This document shows positions 13,001 through 22,000 of a stretch of DNA of 64,000 nucleotides, in pieces. Position 1 is the first letter of the stretch. Each line of letters starts with the position of its first letter. The position numbers and the translations under genes are program-made. Origin of the DNA: Phoronis australis. Lineage: Eukaryota; Animalia; Phoronida. Below the pieces are notes generated by a model, which worked only from the letters and a program-made list of their open reading frames with translations, searched no databases and had not been told where the DNA came from. The stretch lies in NCBI GenBank assembly GCA_002633005.1, contig NMRA01000005.1:1160101-1224100 (forward strand), given 5' to 3'.

Positions 13001-16000
13001 TTAATGTGCTTTTCCTACTAAATGGAGCTGTAGTGTTAGTCAAAAGTGAATTCTAATTCATAGCAGAATCATGAGGGATGTCAGTACAAGGCAATTCATT
13101 AGTCATGATACTGTACACGCAATGAATTATTAATGTTTTAGACCTGATTTGGAAGAGGAGCGCCAAGCTCTGATTGTCACCAGTGCTGCCAACCGCAAAC
13201 AGCTTAAAGAGATTGAGGACAAAATTCTTTACACACTCTCCTCATCTGAAGGTAACATTCTTGAAGATGAGTCAGCCATCTTAGTTCTCGACTCGTCGAA
13301 GATTCTCTCCGACGACATCTCCAAGAAACAGAAAGTTGCTGAGGAAACAGAAAAGAAGATTGAGGCATCGCGTATGGGCTATCGACCGATCGCCAAACAC
13401 TCGTCCAATCTCTTTTTTTCGATTGCTGACCTGCCAAATGTTGACCCCATGTATCAGTATTCGCTGACGTGGTTTGTCAATTTGTACTTGAACTCCATTC
13501 ATGACAGGTAGGTCTGTTGCATCTGTCAGTGGTGTTCTTAATTTTTACCTTGAAAACGGATTCTTTGTAATAGATTTTTATGACTGCATGCTCTTCCAAT
13601 TGGATATTATTATAAATTTGTATTTTGCCATTTTTGTGAATTTTGGATAAAGGATGCCTAATTTAACTTTATTATTTGTTACTTCATCTTAGTTTGAAAT
13701 AGAAGGTTGATCAGTCTTATGCATTCATTGAACTTGTTTGTTTACTTTTAATTACTTTGTTTTTTATTTCTTAACAGTTGTTTATGATGACATCACAGCA
13801 GATTGTGATGTCCGTGACAAAAGTTCAATTGTCTGTCCTTGTGTATATTGTCTGCTCCTTTGATCTAACATTTCTCAAAGTTATACTGAGTACTGTCTGG
13901 TAATATAGCTATTACCTTAGGACATCCTGTTTCACACAATAATGAGTGCCGGTTGTTTCAATTTGATTTTTTGACTTGTCCCTAAAAACCGATTTGTGAG
14001 ATAAGGCAAGTTGTCACTTCGTGTTTTTATGGTTGTATTGGGCCTCAGAGGTGTTATATTTGGCTGAAGGCACCATTTTGTTCTTGTCGTATCGTACTTT
14101 GAAATTGGCCTTTTGACCCATTGAAGCAGTGCTCAATACAACTTTACTGAAGTTGTCTCATGTCTTCATTAAGCAACCAAGCCAGTGTCATGCAGGGGAT
14201 TTTCAAAGATGAATTTCAAAAATTACAGCAATAAATCCAAGATCCTCGACCGTCGTATCCGTTACTTGAAGGACCACTTTCAGTACAACTTGTACGAGAA
14301 CGTCTGCCGTTCTCTCTTCGCCGTTCACAAGCTGGTCTTCTCATTCATTCTGTGCGCCAACCTCGAGATGTAAGTGGCGCCACCTGCCGCCATTACCTGT
14401 GTGTGTGTGCCACTAATGCCTCCTATTGTGTGTCTTTGAAATCACATTGACTGGATCATGGTAAATGTGGCAAGCTTAATAAAAGACATTCATAATTATC
14501 AAACAAGCGATTTCAAGTTTTTGGATGCAAAATAAAGTGTATGGAGCAGTTTACCTCGGAGTCCATTTTACCATGGTCTGAGTCAATAATATGGTAACCT
14601 GACATTTATTCAGTTTCAGTTTCTTGGAGATGGTGTGTTTATTAATTTGTGTGTTTGTGTTGACATGTTTGTATTAACCATAGCCATCCTATTTGTTGCT
14701 GGGTTGGTTTTCTCTGTTGTGGCATGCAGCGACATCTCCTGCTGCCATCTGGTTTTCACAAATGTTATTTTTTGTGTTGCTTTGCTTTTTTCATGATGTG
14801 AATTCAAACAGAGAAAATTAATCCAGTGACAAAACCCAACTTCATTGTGTATTTCTATATTGTTTCTTTCCCACAGCACAAGCGGCCATCTCTGCTGTAT
14901 TGATCTGCCACCTGATGTGTGAATATCTATTAAAACACTGGCAATTAGGGAATAAATTGGTATTTTTTGGTCACTGTTTTAATCTTCTTTTGTCTTCCTG
15001 TGAATGATTTGGCTTTCCGAGATGGTGACTTTTTGGTCACCCACGTTTTTGTTAAAACAACAAAGGAAAATTTTAAATAGGCGTTAGGAATGAACAATTG
15101 TTCAAACTCAACTGTTCTTTTTCTAAATTGGCTTTCATTCTGCCAAATCATGAAAAAAAAAAACATGCAGGCAACGCACTTTCTTATTTGCGGCTATATT
15201 TTCATTAGTGGCCTTGCTGTTTTGATTGGTAAATACATGTCAAGTGACTTTACAATACAGCAGTGACTGATTATGGTGGAGGTCTGAAGGTTTTGGCTAT
15301 CCTTTTGCTACTTAATTTTCACACTTACGTTGACGTTTTCGTGTGCCTCTTTCTAGTAACAAATCCAAGATATTGGAGAAACGTGTCCGCTATCTTACCG
15401 AGCATTTCACACTGAGTCTCTACGACAACACGTGTCGCTCGTTGTTTGCACTGCACAAGTTGTTGTTGTCATTTTATCTCGCCGTTACCGTGGCCACGTA
15501 AGTCATGTGACCTGGTCCCGAGACCACCGTACTTAACTCAAGACTAGACTTGAGAACTGGTTAGTCCTAGATTGAGCTCTCCTCTTTCACAGAGGTAGAA
15601 AAATGTATTATATATGACTGACTTTTCAAAAGCTCAGGCATTCCTGAGTGTATTAACAGGGAAAGACGATAGATTGCGCATCCAGTGTTGATATTTGCCC
15701 TTTTGCCTTTTTTGTGTCAATATTGCAACCCAAAATGCAATAATATAAGTTGCCTACATCACAATGATGATTTATATATTATGGTTAGGATATGAGAACG
15801 TGACAAGTTCATCACTTTTGCATACAAAGAAGCTAGATAAGTGGTTGACACATGTGCTGCATTCTGGGTAAATAAATTACTCAGATTGGTGCCGTGCTAT
15901 CTCAGGACAGGCCAGTCGACTGACCAGGTGGTACTCTTTAAGTAAACTTTGAAATTTCTCGGGATACAATTTGTCTGTTTAGAGGATTGGGAAAAGTTTG

Positions 16001-19000
16001 GTGGTCTCGGATCCAGGTCTTTGAATAGCATTCATCAGGATGGTGAAGAGGTTGATTTATAGTCAGTGATTTTGATTTTTCGATCCTATATCATAAATTA
16101 TTCAAACGATTTAGAAGCTTTTGTGTTGCCTTTTCCTGTAAAAACATCTAAAAACAAAAAATTGAGGTAAATTTTGCGTTTTGTTGTGCAGCACAGTTCA
16201 TTTGGTTTTTTGCTGAATTTGCTTGGCAGCGCTTGACTTTGCTAATTATTTTTTGTTTTTTATTATTAAAGAACAACCGATACACTTAGCAAATAATCAG
16301 ACATACGAATTCCTTATAAGTTATATGCTCCACTCACTTGCCATAATTGATTTGGCTTTTACGAAATAAATCATGAGAATCTTTTTGCAATGATATTGAC
16401 TATGATATGTGGGTAAGACCAAAATCGGTAATCGGGTTTGTTGCTAAATGTTTCTCACCAAACTCAGTGAAGAAAATTAACAAATTCTTCCAATCAGACA
16501 TTTGTGACATTGTCGCATTTTTTGGCTAAGTTTTGAATTTTTTCCACGCACAGTTCATTGGCGTTTGATTAACAATCAGTCTTTTTTCTGGAGACACAGG
16601 TTAAAATTTTCCATGATTATTGCTTTTCTGCTATTTTATCCACCTAACTGCTTTAGGGGATTAATATATTTTAAAGAATTTAATTCAGTTGAAATTGATG
16701 GTATTTCACCCTATTCTTAATCAGGGCTCGTGGGGACCTCCAGCGNTGGGAATTGTGGTCGCTAAGGAGAAGTAAGGCATTCTTAACCTGGGTCATTGGG
16801 AATTGTGGTCGCTAAGGAGAAGTAAGGCATTCTTAACCTGGGTCATTGGGAATTGTGGTCGCTAAGGAGAAGTAAGGCATTCTTAACCTTGGTCATTGGG
16901 AATTGTGGTCGCTAAGGAGAAGTAAGGCATTCTTAACCTGGGTCTTTAAGGACTTCATGTTTTTCTTGACTGGTGGTGTCGGACTCGAGAACACAATTCC
17001 CAACCCTGACAAGACATGGCTCAGCGATAAGAGCTGGGATGAGATCTGCCGATTGGCTGACCTAGACTCCGCCTACCGAGGGTTCCGTGAGAGCTTCAGC
17101 CAGAACGTGGATGAGTGGCGTGTCTATTATGAGAGCAAGGAACCCCATAATGTTGAGTTGCCACAACCCTGGCAAGAGAAGCTGGGTGACTTCCATAGAA
17201 TGATAGTGCTGCGGTGCATCCGCCCTGATAAGGTGTGTAGTCGTTGGTTACTCTGAATTCTGATATTTGGCCATTTTCAGTAATACTTAGTCAAAATCTT
17301 AAAAACCTCCAACTTTGAGCATGAATTAATCCTGTCAGTGTTACCAAATCTATAACCAGAGAAGCAAGGGGTGGAACACCAAGGGGTGGAATACCAAGGG
17401 GTGGAATACCAAGGGGTGGAACACACTCGTTCTGTATTTTCTGTGATATTAGAGTTTTAACTCGATGCATCAAAAGTATTTGGAAATTCAGTACTTAGCC
17501 CATTAACCAAGTTAGAAATTTCCAATTTCTTTATGCTTCCAAAGGGCCCCCTCATCTTGTAGTTCTTACAAAAGTAAGTCGGTGTTCTGTTGGGGGAGGG
17601 TGTTTCTTGAATTATTTTCTATGATATTTGATATTTTTATGTTGGCAGCATTTATCAACTCGCAGATGACTTCCAAAACCCAAGTAGATGTGTCTTGTTT
17701 GACAACTTCAAAGTTCACAGTTGTGGCAAAAAGGATGAAAAAGGATAAAATTCAAACTCATTTGGCGAAATTTAAAAAAAAAACATCATCTCCGTGTGCC
17801 CTTGAGTTCAATCTGACACAAATGTGTTTTTCCCTATAGGTGTCGCCAGCCATTACCAACTATGTTATCTCCAAACTGGGTCAGAAGTTCGTCGAGCCGC
17901 CTCCGTTTGACCTCGCCAAGTCGTACAGTGACTCCAACTGTTGTGCTCCTCTGATCTTTGTGCTGTCGCCTGGTGCTGATCCCACTATGGCTCTGCTAAA
18001 GTTTGCTGATGACAAGGGTTTTGGCGGGAACAAGCTGAACAGCATTTCACTTGGTCAAGGACAGGTGAGCGCCATCTGCTGGTGAATCAATTGCCATGTT
18101 GTGTTTGAAATTTGGTGAAACAGAAGCGGGTAGTGTTTTCTCTTACAAATGTACGTAAACGGTTTTATGTAACAGGCAAGTGGCCCCCGTCAACTGGTTT
18201 TACAAATCAAAAATGTTAATAAATATAAACCTTGTTTCAACCACAGTTGCTGGCAAATAGGCACTACTCCTTGATTGTAAAGCACATATTCATTTTTGTG
18301 TTTAATAAATTGTACAAATCATCGTAGGATAGAGTCAAGTTTAGTTAAATGTTATTGTTATTGTTTTGGAGTAACTTAACTCACATTTGTACACTTTTAG
18401 GGTCCCATCGCAGCCAAGATGATTGAAGAAGCCAAAGCGAATGGCTCGTGGGTCCTGCTACAGAATTGTCATCTGGCAGTCTCGTGGATGACCGCCTTGG
18501 AGAAGATCTGCGAGGACTTCACGCCAGAAACTGTCCACACGGACTTCCGCCTTTGGCTGACCAGCTATCCATCGGACAAGTTCCCTGTCACTGTACTTCA
18601 GAATGGAGTCAAGATGACAAACGAGCCCCCTACTGGTCTACGCCAGAACCTATTACAGTCATACCTTAATGACCCAATCAGTGACGAGACATTCTTCAAG
18701 GGATGTCCCGGCAAAGAAGGGGTATGTGGTTGTTTTTTACTTCTTCAAGAAATATCGCAGCAATATGAATCGAGTAGTCCTGTAAGAAATGAAGAAAATT
18801 GTTATGACGTGAAGCCAAATCGTTCTCATCCAAACTTGACAGAAAAGAGAGACCAAATTTTCATCCTGTTTCATAAGCGCATTTGTGTTCTGTAGCTCTA
18901 CACTTGTGTTCTGTAGCTCTACATTTGTGTTCTGTAGCTCTACACGTGGAAAGCTAGCGTAAGGTGTAACAAACTTCATCCGAATTTCCGCTGTTCAGTA

Positions 19001-22000
19001 ATAAGTTGGCCCATGACATCAAGGGAAGTGGGACAGAAATATGCCTTAATTGTGTCTTATCTCGCAAAAGGTCTATTCTGCAAAAAATCAAAGAAACTGG
19101 GGTCAATGCGGATAGTGGTACAATTTTTGTATGTTCATTTCCTTCTAATGTTTGTTTTCAGTTATTTCTAAGTATTTACTATATAACTGATGTCAGGCAA
19201 ATTTTGTTTCAGGCATTTGAAAAACTACTGTTTGGACTCTGCTTCTTCCACGCCCTTATTCAAGAGCGAATGAAGTTCGGTCCTTTGGGATGGAACATTC
19301 CCTACGGCTTCAACGAGTCCGACCTCCGCATCTCTGTCAGACAACTTCAGGTGTGTTTGAAAGATAACAACATGTGGTCTGTCACTAGTCACATACTTTG
19401 CTACAATCATTTTATGTTGCTGTAGAATGCTTCAGTCATTATTTGTGAAAAATGTTTCCTTAAAGTTTTACAACTTGTATATGTTAATCCAACTAAGGAG
19501 GTGTTCAAACTAAAGTTTGTCTTGTAACAAATCTAAATTTTTGTCGAAAGTCATGGTGACTGCCACTTTTTTCGCAAACTACATCATAATTTTTCTTTTG
19601 TTTTGCATCTGTTTTATCTTGTACTATTTTGCATATCCACAAACTTCCTCCATGTCAGCATGCTGATAGTATTCCACAATCCTTTGCTCCACAGATGTTC
19701 ATCAATGAGTATGAAACTGTGCCCTACGAGGCAATCACGTACCTGACTGGCGAGTGTAACTACGGCGGTCGCGTCACAGACGACTGGGACCGTCGACTCA
19801 TCATGACTATCCTCTCTGACTTCTTCAATGAGCACATTGTGCATGATGCCAAGTACAGGTTCTCAAGCAGTGGCAACTACTACGCTCCCCCCAAGGGAGA
19901 GTATGACGATTACGTAGAATTTATCAAAGTAAGTGTTTTTTGTGAAATGCAAAATACTGTCTTGTTCTCAGTAATTTTGCATGTCAAAGACACCAGGACT
20001 TCCTTAGATTTCCCTCAAAGTGTTTTGTCACAAAACTAAAATGTTCGTAATGCTGCTTTTAATGATGTTGGCTTTTGGCCAAATTAATTATAAGAGACTC
20101 TGACAGTGCAACTATTGTCAGCATTGTGTATTTACATATTATATACATTCCATCGTTTCGATGAAAATTACTTCACCATTCTCACCACAATCATGGTCAC
20201 AAGTAACACAGACAACTAATTTACCAAATCTCACGTGTAAAGCAGTCGAAGCTATCCCCAAAGAGTGAGCTCAACCGACCTCAGGCTGCCATTCCTTGAG
20301 AATGGTGAAGTGATTTTCATCGAAATGTTGAAATGTATATAATTATGTAAATACACATTGCTGACAACTATTGTGCTGAGTTTATTATTAAAGCTGCTTT
20401 GTTGCTGCATGTTGAAAAACGGGGTACCGTTATCTCAAGTTCATTGAGTTTAACAATTTTCATTCACGAATAATTCTTGTTTTTTTAGTGTCTGTAGTTA
20501 CAGAGTTGGTGTTTCAAACCTTGTTGTCGATTAAACTTTATGTTTGTGTTAAGTGAATTAATTGCTATGTTGCACTTATGATCTTATTTAACAACGTTAA
20601 ACATCCTGTCTGTGATTTTTTTAAATTTCCTCATGAATTACAAGTTACTGGTGTGAAAATAATGACGGAGGGTCACTCAAGCCTATTTAGCTAGTTGGAA
20701 AGTCGTGAGGCTTGCTTGCAAAAGTTCGGAGCTAATGAAGCAGAACATAGTCTAAGGTTGCACTAAGAATGGTTGACAAAAGTGTGTTATTCTTGTACAA
20801 AGTCCATGGACTGTTTTAACACATCATGTGTTCTGGAATCTTTCAGAACTTGCCCATGTCTCAGTTGCCGGAGGTTTTTGGCATGGACAGCAACGTGGAC
20901 ATCTCCAAGGAGCTGCAGGAGACAAAGCAGCTGTTTGACGCCGTGCTGCTGACGCAAGGGGCAGGGGACGGTGGGGGCGGGGGCAGTTCTGATGACCAGC
21001 TGCTTACCATTGCAGCTGATATCTTGTCAAAGGTAAGACTTAGGCAATAACATCAGTTAGTGGTCACTGTAACAAATAAGTTCATGATCCATTTCGCTTT
21101 TAATCCAAAAGCATCTGTTTTTCTGATGATGATTTTTGGTTAAGAGTGAAAAGTTGTCCATAAACATGTTTGTATCTGTGCTGATAATCAGATTGCTACT
21201 TAATCATTGCCACACTAACTAGCAGCTTGAAATGAAATAAAAGAAAAATACAAAAGGGAAACCATTCCAGTAGTTCAAAATTGCCGAGTGTACAATCACA
21301 TATTACAGTCAAAATTTAATTGACAAATGGTTGGACTGTTACTGTTCACCTGATGATGCTTCATAACATGATTTTTGTTCAGTTCCTTAGGATTTATAAT
21401 GTATCAGCATTGTAAAGGATGTGAAGTGTTTGAGTTGAATTCGAGATTTGACTATTAATGACACTTGAGCAGGACACAATAGTCAGTATTGGTAATTATC
21501 AAGTGCTCAACAGCTCCACCTCTTAGTGGCTATTTGCAACTATAATCTTCAATAAGCTATTTTGTACCATGTGAGTTGTACTGTGTAATTCTATGTGTGG
21601 TTTGTTCCTCTCTACAGTTACCAAAGAACTACGACCTGGAGGCTGCCAGTGCCAAGTACCCAGTAGTGTATGCAGAGAGCATGAATACAGTTCTTGTACA
21701 GGAAATGGAAAGATTCAACAAGTGCGTTCTTTTATTGATTCTTCAGAGTAGTTTGCAGTGGGAAACTTGCAAAGCAATGGTGACTCGACTCTTACTGCCC
21801 TCTAGGGGACATGATGTAAAATGCTTCTGCTGTGTTGCTTTTGATGATTCTCTACATTTGGAAAATAGAATTATTATCAGATAGTGTTAGAAAATAGTCT
21901 ATGTTGGTTTGTAGAAGTCTTTCATTGGGCTAAGATGTTTAGGATGTTGCTTCTTGGACAACTTATGTCCTTTCTAGATTTTCTTTTTCCATAAGTGTTA

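Noticed and set aside
14087-14160. Possible decayed third copy of the variant exon (gtcgtatcgtactttgaa...caatacaactttac)
   Set aside because: Only short word matches with wrong spacing and no splice sites; expected by chance.
2129-19844. Minus-strand ORFs overlapping dynein exons
   Set aside because: Antisense shadows of the coding exons.
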